Assembly: GCA_030390025.1 (NCBI GenBank) | Contig: CM059431.1 | Location: forward strand, 147,314,001 to 147,378,000 | Reading direction: 5' to 3' | Length of the DNA: 64,000 bases | Source: Squalus acanthias | Lineage: Eukaryota | Shown here: piece by piece, positions 12,301 to 23,414 of the stretch | Numbering within the stretch: the first letter of the stretch is position 1 | How the letters are laid out: every line of letters begins with the position of its first letter | Notes under the pieces: generated by a model | The model's input: the letters and a program-made list of their open reading frames with translations, nothing else | The model's database searches: none | What the model was told of the DNA's origin: nothing | Translations under genes and position numbers: made by a program

Positions 12301-15300
12301 GGGTTGTAGGGCTGGAGGAGGTTACAGAGATAGGGAGGGTTGTAGGGCTGGAGGAGGTTACAGAGATAGGGAGGGTTGTAGGGCTGGAGGAGGTTACAGA
12401 GATAGGGAGGGTTGTAGGGCTGGAGGAGGTTACAGAGATAGGGAGGGTTGTAGGGGCTGGAGGAGGTTACAGAGATAGGGAGGGTTGTAGGGGCTGGAGG
12501 AGGTTACAGAGATAGGGAGGGTTGTAGGGCTGGAGGAGGTTACAGAGATAGGGAGGGTTGTAGGGGCTGGAGGAGGTTACAGAGATAGGGAGGGTTGTAG
12601 GGGCTGGAGGAGGTTACAGAGATAGGGAGGGTTGTAGGGCTGGAGGAGGTTACAGAGATAGGGAGGGTTGTAGGGGCTGGAGGAGGTTACAGAGATAGGG
12701 AGGGTTGTCGGGCTGGAGGAGGTTACAGAGATAGGGAGGGTTGTCGGGCTGGAGGAGGTTACAGAGATAGGGACGGTTGTAGGGGCTGGAGGAGGTTACA
12801 AAGATAGGGAGGCTTTTTGGGCTGGAGAAGATTAGAGAGATAGGGAGGGTTGTGTGGGCTGGTGGAGGTTACATAGATAGGGAGGGTTGTAGGGGCTGGA
12901 GGAGGTTACAGAGATAGGGAGGGTTGTAGGGTCTGGAGGAGGTTACAGAGATAGGGAGGGTTGTAGGGCTGGAGGAGGTTACAGAGATATGGAGGGTTGT
13001 AGGGGTGGAGAAGGTTACAGAAATAGGGAGTGTTGTAGGGCTGGAGAAGGTTACAGAGATAGGGAGGGTTGTAAGGGCTGGAGGAGGATACACAGATAGG
13101 GAGGGTTGTAGGGGCTGGAGGAGGTTACAGAGATAGGGAGGGTTGTAGGGGCTCGAGGAGGTTTCAGAGATGGGGAGGGTTGTAGGGCTGGAGAAGGTTA
13201 CAGAGATAGGGAGGGTTGTAGGGCTGGAGGAGGTTACAGAGATATGGAGGGTTGTAGGGCTGGAGAAGGTTACAGAGATAGGGAGGGTTGTAAGGGCTGG
13301 AGGAGGTTACAGAGATAGGGAGGGCTGTAGGGGCTGGAGGAGGTTACAGAGATAGGGAGGGTTGTAGCGGCTGGAGGAGGTTACAGAGATAGGGAGGGTT
13401 GTAGGGGCTGGAGGAAGTTACAGAGATAGGGAGGATTGTAGGGCTGGAGGAGGTTAGAGATAGGGAGGGTTGTAGGGACTGGAGGAGGTTACAGAGATAG
13501 GGAGGGTTGTAGGGGCTGGAGGTGGTTTCAGAGATCTTGTAGTGTTGTTTGGCTGGAGGTGGTTACAGAGATAGGGAGGGCTGTCGGGGCTGGAGGAGGT
13601 TACAGATATAGGGAGGGTTGTAGAGGCTGGAGGAGGTTACAGTGATAGGGAGGGTCGTATGGGCTGGAGGAGGTTACACAGATAGGGAGGGCTGTAGGGG
13701 CTGGAGGAGGTTACAGAGCTAGGGAGGTTTGTAGGGCTGGAGGAGGTTAGAGATAGGGAGGGTTGTAGGGGCTGGAGGAGGTTACAGAGATAGGGAGGGC
13801 TGTCGGGGCTGGAGAAGGTTACAGATATAGGGAGGGTTGTAGGGGCTGGAGGAGGTTGCAGTGATAGGGAGGGTTGTATGGGCTGGAGGAGGTTACACAG
13901 ATAGGGAGGGCTGTAGGGCCTGGAGGAGGTTATAGAGATAGGGAGGTTTGTAGGGCTGGAGGAGGTTACAGAGATAGGGAAGGCTGTAGGGGCTGGAGGA
14001 GGTTACAGAGATAGGGAGGTTTGTAGGGCTGGAGGAGATTACAGAGATAGGGACTGTTGTAGGGCTGGAGGAGGTTACAGAGATAGGGAGGGTTGTAGGG
14101 ATGGAGGAGGTTACAGATATAGGGAGTGGTGTATGGGCTGGAGGAGGATACAGATATGGGGAGGGTTGTAGGGGCTGGAGGAGGTTTACAGAGATAGGGA
14201 GGGTTGTGGCGCTGGAGGAGTTTACAGTGGTAGGGAGGGTTGTAGGGGCTGGAGGAGGTTACAGATATAGGGAGTGTTGTCAGGGCTGGAGGAGGTTACA
14301 GAGATAGGGGGTGCTGGAGGGGCTGTAGGAGGTTACGGATATAGGGAGGGTTGTAGGGCTGGAGGAGGTTACAGAGATAGTACTATTTGTAGGGGCTGGA
14401 GGAGGTTACAGAGATCGGGAGGGTTGTAGGGGTTTACAGAGATTGGGAGGGTTGTCGGGGCTGGAGAAGGTAACAGAGATAGGAAGAGTTGTCGGGGCTG
14501 GAGAAGGTTACATAGATAGAGAGGGTTGCAGGAGTTGGAGGAGGTTACAGAGATAGTGTGGGTTGGAGGGGGTTACAGAAATAGGGAGGGTTATAGGGGC
14601 TGGAGGAGGTTATAGAGATAGGGAGGGTTGTAGGGCTGGAGTAGGTTACAGAGATAGGGAGGGTGTAGGGGCTGGAGGAGGTTACAGAGATAGGGAGGGT
14701 TATAGGAGCTGGAGGAGGTTACAGAGATAGGGAGGGTTGTAGGGGCTGGAGGAGGTTACAGAGATAGGGAATGTTGTAGGGGCTGGAGGAGGTTACAGAG
14801 ATAGGGAGGGTTGTAGGGCTGGAGTAGGTTACAGAGATAGGGAGGGTGTAGGGCTGGAGGAGGTTATAGAGATAGGGAGGAGTGTAGAGGCTGGAGAAGG
14901 TTACAGAGATAGGGAGGGTTGTAGGGGCTGGAGGAGGTTACAGAGATAGGGAGGGTTGTAGGGGCTGGAGGAGGTTATAGAGATAGGGAGGGTTATAGGA
15001 GCTGGAGGAGGTTACAGAGATGGGGAGGGTTGTAGGGGCTGGAGGAGGTTACAGAGATAGGGATGGTTGTAGGGCTGGAGGAGGTTACAGAGATAGGGAG
15101 TGTTGTAGGGGCTGGTGGAGGTTACAGAGATAGGGTGGGTTGTAGGGGCTGGAGGAGGTTACAGAGATAGGGAGGGTTGTAGGGGCTGGAGGAGGTTACA
15201 GAGATAGGGAGGGTTGTAGGGCTGGAGGAGGTTACAGAGATCGGGAGTGTTGTAGGGGCTGGAGGAGGTTACAGAGATAGGGAGGGTTGTAGGGGCTGGA

Positions 15301-15570
15301 GGAGGTTATAGAGATAAGGAGTGTTGTAGGGGCTGGAGGAGGTTAAAGAGATAGGGAGGGTTGTAGGGGCTGGAGGAGGTTACAGAGAAAGGGAGGGTTG
15401 TAGGGGCTGGAGGAGGTTATAGAGATAGGGAGGGTTGTAGGGGCTGGAGGAGGTTACAGAGATAGGGAGGGTTGTAGGGCTGGAGGAGGTTACAGAGATA
15501 GGGAGGGTTGTAGGGGCTAGAGGAGGTTACAGAGATAGGGAGGGTTGTAGGGGCTGGAGGATATTACAGA
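9330..15570. repeat. 36/37-bp minisatellite (GGAGGAGGTTACAGAGATAGGGAGGGTTGTAGGG[G]CT)n, ~6.2 kb
   Basis: Unit read directly. Confidence 0.97.
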
Positions 15571-15604
15571 GCCGGCCAGGAGTGCGCTGGAATAGTCGAG
15601 TCTG

Positions 15605-15936
15605 GGGAGAGAGAACGAGAGAGGGATAGAGAGAGTGGGGAGAGAGAGCAAGAGAGGGAGAGAGAAGGAGGTGTGGATAGAGAGAGAGAGTCGATAGAGA
15701 GGGAACGCGAGAGGGAGAGAGAAAGAGAGGGGGATAGATGGAGAGAGAGAGAGTGGGGGGATAGGGAGAGAGAGTGGGGAGAGAGAACGAGTGGAGGGAG
15801 AGAACGAGAGAGGGAGAGAGAACGAGAGAGGGAGAGAGGGGAAGAGAGAAGGAGAGAGCGAGAGAGAGAACGAGAGAGCGATAGAGAGAGAGAGAGTGGG
15901 GAGAGAGAACGAGAGAGGGAGAGAGAAAGAGAAGGC

Positions 15937-15973
<37 letters not shown>

Positions 15974-18385
15974 GAGAGAGAACGAGAGAGGGAGGGAGAA
16001 CGATAGCGGGATAGAGAGAGAGAGTGGGGAGAGAGAGAACGAGAGATGGAGGGTGAGAACGAAAGGGGGATAGAGAGAGAGAGAGGGTGGGGAGAGAGAG
16101 AGTGGGGAGAGAGAACGAGAGAGGGAGAGAGAGACGGAGAGAGGGAGAGAGAGAACGAGAGAGGGATAGAGAGAGAGAGTGGGGAAAGAGAGACGGAGAG
16201 AGAAGGAGGTGTGGATAGATAGAGAGGGAACGAGAGAGGGAGAGAGAAAGAGAGGGGGATAGAGGGAGAGAGAGAGGGGTGAGAGAACAAGTGGGTGGAG
16301 AGAATGAGAGAGGGAGAGAGAATGAGAGGGGGAGGGGGAGAGAGGGGGAGAGAGAAGGAGAGAGGGATAGAGAGAGAGAGTGGGGAGAGAGAGAACGAGA
16401 GAGGGCGATAGAGAGAGAGAGAGTGGGGATAGAGAACGAGAGAGGGAGAGAGAAGGAGGGGGGACAGGGAGAGAGAGTGAACGAGAGAGGGAGAGAGAGA
16501 GGGGGGAGAGAACGAGAGAGGGAGAGAGAATGAGGGGGGAGAGGGAGAGAGAATGAGGGTAGGGAGGTAGAGAGAGGGAGAGGGGGAGAGAAACGGAATG
16601 AGAGTGGGGTAGAGAAAGAGTGAAGAGAGTGGGGAGAGAGAGAGAGTGTGGGGAGAGAGAGAACGAGAGAGGGGAGGGAGGGAGAGAGGGAGAGGGGAGG
16701 GGGGAGAGAGAGAGAATGGGGAGAGAGAGAACGAGAGAGGGGAGAGAGAGAGAAGGGGGAGAATGAGAGAGTGGGGATAGAGAACGACAGAGGGAGAGAG
16801 AAGGAGGGGGATAGGAGAGAGAGTGAACAGGAGAGGGAGAGAGAGAGAGGGGAGAGAGAACGAGAGGGGGGAGAGAGAAGAGTTGGGAGACGGGGAGAGA
16901 AACTGAATGAGAGTGGGGTAGAGAAGGAGAGAGAGAGTGTGGGGAGAGAGAGAATGAGAGAGGGGAGGGAGGGAGAGAGAGGGAGAGGGGAGGGGGAGAG
17001 AGAGAGAATGGGAACAGAGAGAACAAGAGAAGGGGGAGAGTGTCGGGAGAGGGAAAGGGGGAGAGAGAGGGAATGAGAGAGGGAGAGAGAAGGAGATGGT
17101 GATAGAGAGAGAGTGGGGAGAGAGAACGAGAGAGGGGAGGGAGAGAGACAGAGCTAGAGAGACAGAACGAGAGAGGGAGAGAAAGAACAAGAGGGGAAGA
17201 GAGCGGGGAATAGGGAGAGAGAGTGGGGAGAGTGGGAACGAGAGAGGGAAAGAGGATGAGAGGGGGAGAGAGAGGGGGTGGAGAGAGAGTGGGGAGAGAG
17301 AGAATGAGAGAGGGGAGGGAGGTAGAGAGTGGGGAGGGAGAGGGGGAGAGAAAGGGAATGAGAGCAGGGTAGAGAAAAAGAGAGAGTGCGAGAGGGAGAG
17401 AGAACGAGAGGGGTGAGAGAGAGAGGAAACAGAGAGGGAGCGAGAGAGGGAGCGAGAAGGGGAGTGATAGAGAGGGGGAGAGATGGGGGAGAGGGGGGGA
17501 GAAGGAGGGAGAGGGACAAAGAGGGGGGAGGATGGGAGAGAGGAAGGAGAGAGTGAGGGGGAGGGAAGAGGAGAGAGACTGGGTGAGAGTCAGGGAAGAG
17601 AGCAGGGGATAAAGGGAGAGAGACAGAGCAGGGGTGAGGTGTGGAGAGATTTCCCGCTCCCTCCCTTTCTATCTCTCTCTCTTTATCCCCTCTCTCTCTA
17701 TCTCTCTCCTTTTCAATCTCTCTCGCTTTCTCTCTCTATCCCGCCCTATCTCTCTCTCTCTGGCTGCCTCTTCTATCTATCTCTTTACCTTTCTATCACT
17801 TTCCTTTTCTAGCTCTCTTTCTATCTCACCCTTTCTATCTCACTTTTTATCTCTCCCTTTCTATCCCTCTATCTATATATCTCTTTCTATCCCTCTCTAT
17901 CTCTCTCTTTCTTTCTCTCCCTTTCTATCTCTTTCTATTTCTATCTCTCTCTCTCCCTTTCTATGTCTCTCGATCACTTTCTGTCACCTCTCACTTTCTA
18001 TCTCTCTAACCCTCTCTCTCTTTCTATTCCTCTCTCTCTTCCACAGCCTCTCTATCCTCTCTCTCTATCTCTCTCTATTCCTCTCTCTGTACCTCACTCC
18101 CTCTCACTTTCTCCCGTTCTGTCTCTCTCCCGTTCTATCTCTCTCTCTATCCTCTCTATCTTTCTATCCCTCTTGCCCTGTCCCTTTCTATCTCTCCCTC
18201 TATCCCCTCTCTCTTTCTATCTCGCTCTATCCCTCTCTCTTTCTATCTCTCTATTGCTTTCTATCTCTCTCTCTATCCCCTCTCTCTTTCTATCTCTCTC
18301 CTTCTATCCCTCTCTATTCTCTCTCTATCCCTCTCTCCCATTCTATCTCTCTCTCTATCCCCTCTCTCTTTCTCTCTATCCCCTC
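15605..18385. repeat. Polypurine (GA-rich) tract switching to polypyrimidine (CT-rich) tract at ~17645
   Basis: Composition read directly; paralog at 39900-41435. Confidence 0.92.
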
Positions 18386-18425
18386 CCTTGTCTAACGCGA
18401 GCCCATCTTCCTCCTCTTCCCGTAG

Positions 18426-18525
18426 CCTCCCGCTCTGGATCGCCCGCATCCTGGAGACCGCCACCCGCAAGAGACGGAACCGGAGCCGAAGGCACGAGGC
18501 GTATCGACTGATCGGACGGAGACTG
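18426..18525 (+). CDS. Putative exon 1 (of 3 visible) of unannotated gene X copy 1: LPLWIARILETATRKRRNRSRRHEAYRLIGRRL
   Basis: Acceptor CTTCCTCCTCTTCCCGTAG, donor CTG/GTAGGG (phase 0); the three differences I see against copy 2 are all synonymous. Confidence 0.7.
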
Positions 18526-18599
18526 GTAGGGCAACTCGCCGGGGATTCTCCGACAGCCACTCCCATAGCCCGACCTCCCGAATCCCGACCCCTGACCCC

Positions 18600-19320
18600 C
18601 AAACCATTCCCCCGAACCCCAACCCCCAAACTGTTCCCCAACCCTCAAACCGTTCCCCAACCCCCAAACTGTTCCCCAACCCCCAAACCGTTCCCCAACC
18701 CCCAAACTGTTCCCCAACCCCCAACCCCCAAACTGTTCCCCAACCCCAAAACTGTTCCCCAACCCCCAAACTGTTCCCCAACCCCCAAACTGTTCCCCAA
18801 CCCCCAAACTGTTCCCCAACCCCCAAACTGTTCCCCAACCCCCAAACTGTTCCCCAACCCCCAACCCCCAAACCGTTCCCCAACCCCCAAACCGCTCCCC
18901 AACCCCCAAACTGTTCCCCAACCCCCAACCCCCAAACTGTTCCCCAACCTCCAAACTGTTCCCCAACCCCCAAACTGTTCCGCAACCCCCAAACTGTTCC
19001 CCAACCCCCAAACTGTTCCCCGACCCCCAAACCGTTCCCTGACCCACAAACCGTTCCCTGACCCACAAACCTTTCCTCCATCCCCTGAACCCTGACCCCA
19101 AACCGTTCCCTGACCCCTGACCACTAAACTGTTCCCTGACCCCTGACCCCAAAACTTGACCCCCAAACCTTTTCCCAACCCACAAACCTTTTCCCAACCC
19201 CCAAACATTACCCTGTCCCCTAAACCATTCCCTGTCCCCTCAATCGTTACCCTGACCCCTAAAACTTTCCCTTGACCCCTGACCCCAAACCTATCTTGGA
19301 CCCCCAAACATTACCCATGA
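18600..19320. repeat. ~19-bp C-rich intronic minisatellite (CCCCAAACTGTTCCCCAAC)n, degenerating 3'
   Basis: Read directly; shorter paralog at ~41640-41990. Confidence 0.88.
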
Positions 19321-19441
19321 CCTCTGAACCCTTCCCTGACCCCAAACCTTCCCCCCGACTCCCCGCGACACTAACGGTCTTCAGTCCCCAACCCTCAATC
19401 CGCCGATCTCCATTAACTCCCTTTCTCTCTCTCCCGAGCAG

Positions 19442-19570
19442 TGGAAAGCTGGGCTCGGACTCCAGCGCTGCCCGTGGCCGACCTACGTCTACCCGCGGGA
19501 GCTGAAACAGGCCGTGCGCCAGGCCTTCCCCGGACAGCTGCGGGATTATCCGGACCCACAGCACAGCAGG
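19442..19570 (+). CDS. Putative exon 2 of gene X copy 1: WKAGLGLQRCPWPTYVYPRELKQAVRQAFPGQLRDYPDPQHSR
   Basis: Polypyrimidine tract plus NAGNAG acceptor (GAGCAG), donor AGG/GTAAGG, 129 nt, phase 0-0, open. Confidence 0.7.
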
Positions 19571-19816
19571 GTAAGGATCGTACGGGAGCGTTACCCGTTC
19601 TGGGAGAAGGGGGTGGGAGTCCTGGAGGGAGAGGACTCCTGGGATTATACGCCCCTGGTATCTCACCTCGCCCTCCTCCCGCCCCGAGCCCTAGGCTGTC
19701 AGTGTCGGAGGGATATTCGCATGTGGCGTGCATCGCGGTGGAACGCCATTCCCGTCCTCACCTGGACCCACGCTCGCACGGACCCTGGCGCTGGGTTACT
19801 GTGGGGGCGTCGCTGC

Positions 19817-22418
19817 CCCATCAAACACTCCCAGGGCAGGTACAGCACGGGTTAGATACAGAGTAAAGCTCCCTCTACACTGTCCCATCAAACACTCCCA
19901 GGGCAGCTACAGCACGGGTTAGATACAGAGTAAAGCTCCCACTACACTGTCCCATCAAACACTCCCAGGGCAGGTACAGCACGGGTTGGATAAAGAGTAA
20001 ATTCCCTCTACACTATCCCATCAGACACTCCCGGGGCAGGTACAGCACGGGTTAGATAAAGAGTAAATTTCCTCTACACTGTCCCATCAGACACTCCCAG
20101 GGCAGGTACAGCACGGGTTAGATACAGAGTAAAGCTCCCTCTCCACTGTTCCATCAAACACTCCCAGGGAAGGTGCAGCACGGGTTAGATACAGAGTAAA
20201 ACTCCCTTTACACTGTCCCATCAAACACTCCCAGGGTAGGTACAGCACGGGTTAGATACAGAGTAAAGCTCCCTCTACACTGTCCCATCAAAGACTCCCA
20301 GGGCAGGTACAGCAATGGTTACATACAGAGTAAAGCTCCCTCATAACTGTCCCATCAAGCACGCCCAGGGCAACTACAGCACGGGTTAGATACAGACCGG
20401 TAAGCCTGACATCGGTAGTGGGGAAAATGCTAGAGTCCAATCTAAAAGTTGTAATAGCAGAGCACTTGGAAAACAGTGATCGGATCGGACAAAGTCAACA
20501 TGGATTTACAAAAGGTAAATCGTGCTTGACTAATCTACTGGAATTTTTTGAGGATGTAACTGGTAAAATAGATAAGGGACAACCAGTGGATGTTGTGTAT
20601 TTGGACTTTCAAAAGGCTTTCGATAAGGTCCCGCATAAGAGATTAGCGTGTAACGTTAAGGCACATGTGACTGGGGGCAAGGTATTGACTTGGATAGAGA
20701 ACTGGCTGGCAGACAGAAAGCAAAGAGCTGGAATAAACGGGTCTTTTTCCAAGTGGCAGGCAGTGACTAGTGGGGTACCGCAGGGATCGGTCCTTCGACC
20801 CCAGCTATTCACAATATATATTAATGATCCAGACAAGGGAACTAGATGTAATATCTCCAAGTTTGCAGACGACACAAAGCTGGGTGGGCGTGTGTGCTGT
20901 GTGGAGGATGCCGAGAAACTCCAGTATGATTTGGACAGGTTGGGTGATTGGGCAGAAGCATGGCAGATGCAATATAACGTGGATAAATGCGAGGTTATCC
21001 ACTTTGGTGTCAAAAATAGGAAGGCAGATTATTATCTGAATGGCAATAGATTGGGAGAAGGGGAAGTGCAACGAGACCTGGGTGTCCTTGTGCACCAGTC
21101 GCTGAAGGTAAGCATGCAGGTGCAGCAGGCGGTGAAGAAGGCAAATGGTATGTTGGCCTTCGTAGCGAGAGGGTTTGAGTACAGGAACAAGGATGTCTTG
21201 CTGCAGTTGTACAGGGCCTTGGTGAGACCACATCTTGAGTATTGTGTGCAGTTTTGGTCGCCTTATCTGAGGAAGGAGGTTCTTGCCATGGAAGGAGTGC
21301 AGTGAAGATTCACCAGGCTGATACCTGGGATGGCAGGAATGACGTATGTGGAGAGATTGGGGAGATTGGGCTTATACTCGCTGGAGTTTAGAAGAATGAG
21401 AGAGGATCTCACTGAAACTTATAAAATTCTAACAGGTCTGGACAAACTAGATGCAGGAAGGATGTTCCCGATGGTCGGAGAGTCCAGAACCAGGGGTCAC
21501 AGTCTAAGGATAAGGGGTAAGCCATTTAGGACAGAGATGAGGAGGAATTTCTTCACCCAGAAAGTGGTGAACCTGTGAAATTCTCTACAACAGAAGGCAG
21601 TAGAGGCCAATTCATTAAATCTATTCAAGAAGGAGTTGGATATATTTCTTAAGGCTAAAGGGATCAAGGGTATGGAGAGAAAGCAGGGACAGGGTTCTGA
21701 ATTTAGATGATCAGCCATGATCGCATTGAATGGCGGAGCAGGCTCGAGGGGCCGAATGGCCTACTCCTGCTCCTATCTTCTATGTTTCTATGAGTAAAGC
21801 TCCCTCTACACTGTCCCATCAAAAACTCCCAGGGCAGGTACAGCACTGGGTTAGATACACAGTAAAGCTCCCTCTACACTGTCCCATCAAACACTCACAG
21901 GGCAGTTACAGCACGGGTTAGATACAGAGTAAATCTTCCTTTACACTGTCCCATCAAACACTCCCAGGGCAGGTACAGCACGGGTTAGATACAGCGTAAA
22001 GCTCCCGTCTAGTTTCCCATCAAACACTCCCAGGGCAGGTACAGCACGGGTTAGATACAGAGTAAAGCTCCCACTAGTGTCCCATCAAACACTCCCAGGG
22101 CAGGTACAGCATGGGTTAGATACAGAGTAAAACTCCCTCTAGTTTCCCATCAAATACTCCCAGGGTAGGTACAGCTCGGGTTAGATACAGAGTAAAGCTG
22201 CCTCTGCACTGTCCCATCATACAATTCCAGGGCAGGTCCAGCACTGGGTTAGATACAGAGTAAAGCTCCCTCTGCACTGTCCCATCAAACGCTCCCAGGG
22301 CAGGTACAGCACTGGGTTAGATACAGAGTAAAGCTCCCTCTACACTGTCCCATCAAACACACCCAGGGCAGGTAAAGCATGGGTTAGTTACAGAGTTAAG
22401 CTCCCTCTACACTGTCCA
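19817..22418. repeat. 67-bp minisatellite (CCCATCAAACACTCCCAGGGCAGGTACAGCACGGGTTAGATACAGAGTAAAGCTCCCTCTACACTGT)n, split by a CR1 insertion
   Basis: Unit read directly at 19817-20396 and 21793-22418. Confidence 0.95.
20397..21792 (+). mobile_element. 5'-truncated CR1 LINE (RT domain plus 3' UTR)
   Basis: [46 protein letters not shown]; internal stops; tail CTATGTTTCTATG. Confidence 0.96.
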
Positions 22419-22516
22419 ATTATCCTGCTCCTACTAGTGAGGTTGACTGATTGGCCTGTGGGGGGCGAGGTGACGTGAACCGTTTTTGCGCTGACTGTAC
22501 GCTCTTGCTTTCCGAG

Positions 22517-22564
22517 GTTGTACCTGGGACCGTTGAGGACCTGTGGCTATTGGAGGATGAGTGA
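22517..22564 (+). CDS. Putative terminal coding exon of gene X copy 1: VVPGTVEDLWLLEDE*
   Basis: Branch-like CTGAC and acceptor CTCTTGCTTTCCGAG, phase 0, TGA at 22562-22564 conserved in copy 2. Confidence 0.55.
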   Translation, partial: VVPGTVEDLWLLEDE

Positions 22565-22780
22565 GAGAGTCACGATCCGGAGGAGAGGCTTTGCGAGTGG
22601 CAGTAGGGCAGGTTCAATACTTCCATCCTGTTCCGGAATGGATCCAGAACCACTGGAACTCACAAAGTGGTCTCTGATCCCTTTCGTTCCTCAGGACCTT
22701 GCAGAGATGGGCGGGATCTCCTGCGGATTGTCCACCTCCGTCTCCCAACTGGGCCAGAAATCAATCAGGAGATCCATCGA

Positions 22781-22950
22781 CCAGCCTGGGATTCAACTAA
22801 TCAGACCATCCATCTCCCAGCCTTGGGATCAACCAATCAGAACATCCATTTCCCAGCCTGGGGTTCAACCAATCAGATCTTTTCTCTACCAGCCTGGGGT
22901 TCAACCAATCAGATATTTACTCTACCGGCCTTGCGATCAACCAATGAGGT
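22781..22950 (+). repeat. 36-bp tandem repeat with AACCAATCAG (CCAAT-box consensus) in most units
   Basis: About five units CCAGCCTGGGGTTCAACCAATCAGA...; longer paralog at 49431-49672. Confidence 0.8.
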
Positions 22951-22974
22951 TGTTGGTGTTGAATTAACCTATAG

Positions 22975-23260
22975 TGACTGCTCCCTCATTCGGTCCCCGC
23001 GAGCCTGCTCCGACATTCAATGAGATTATGGCTGATCTGTGTGCGATGTCCATCTACCCACCTTGGTTCCGTAACCCTTAATACCCTCACCCAACAAAAA
23101 TCTATCAATCTCAGTTTTGAAATTTTCAATTGACCCCCCACCAGCCTCAACAGCCTGTTGGGGGAGAAAGTTCCAGATTTCCACTCCCCTTTGTGTGAAG
23201 AAGTGCTTCCTGACATCACCCCTGAACGGCCTGGCTCTAATTTTAAGGTGATGATACCCT
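22975..23260 (-). mobile_element. CR1 3' fragment
   Basis: RARPFRGDVRKHFFTQRGVEIWN...KTEIDRFL; longer paralog at 49695-50180. Confidence 0.8.
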
Positions 23261-23285
23261 TTGATTATCAGACCCCACACACACA

Positions 23286-23321
<36 letters not shown>

Positions 23322-23414
23322 GCAGGAAAGGCCCAGGCTCCATCCCCGGCCTGTGCTGAGTTAGCTGAGGAGTGAGGTTTAGGAACACAACAAGTCCCTG
23401 ATGGACTCACCCGT

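Noticed and set aside
15517..18511. Ser/Leu/Pro-rich and Glu/Arg-rich ORFs
   Set aside because: Products of GA/CT low-complexity tracts
22518..22967. 149-aa ORF downstream of the 67-bp array
   Set aside because: Frame differs from the splice-predicted exon, extends through the 36-bp repeat and is broken in the paralog
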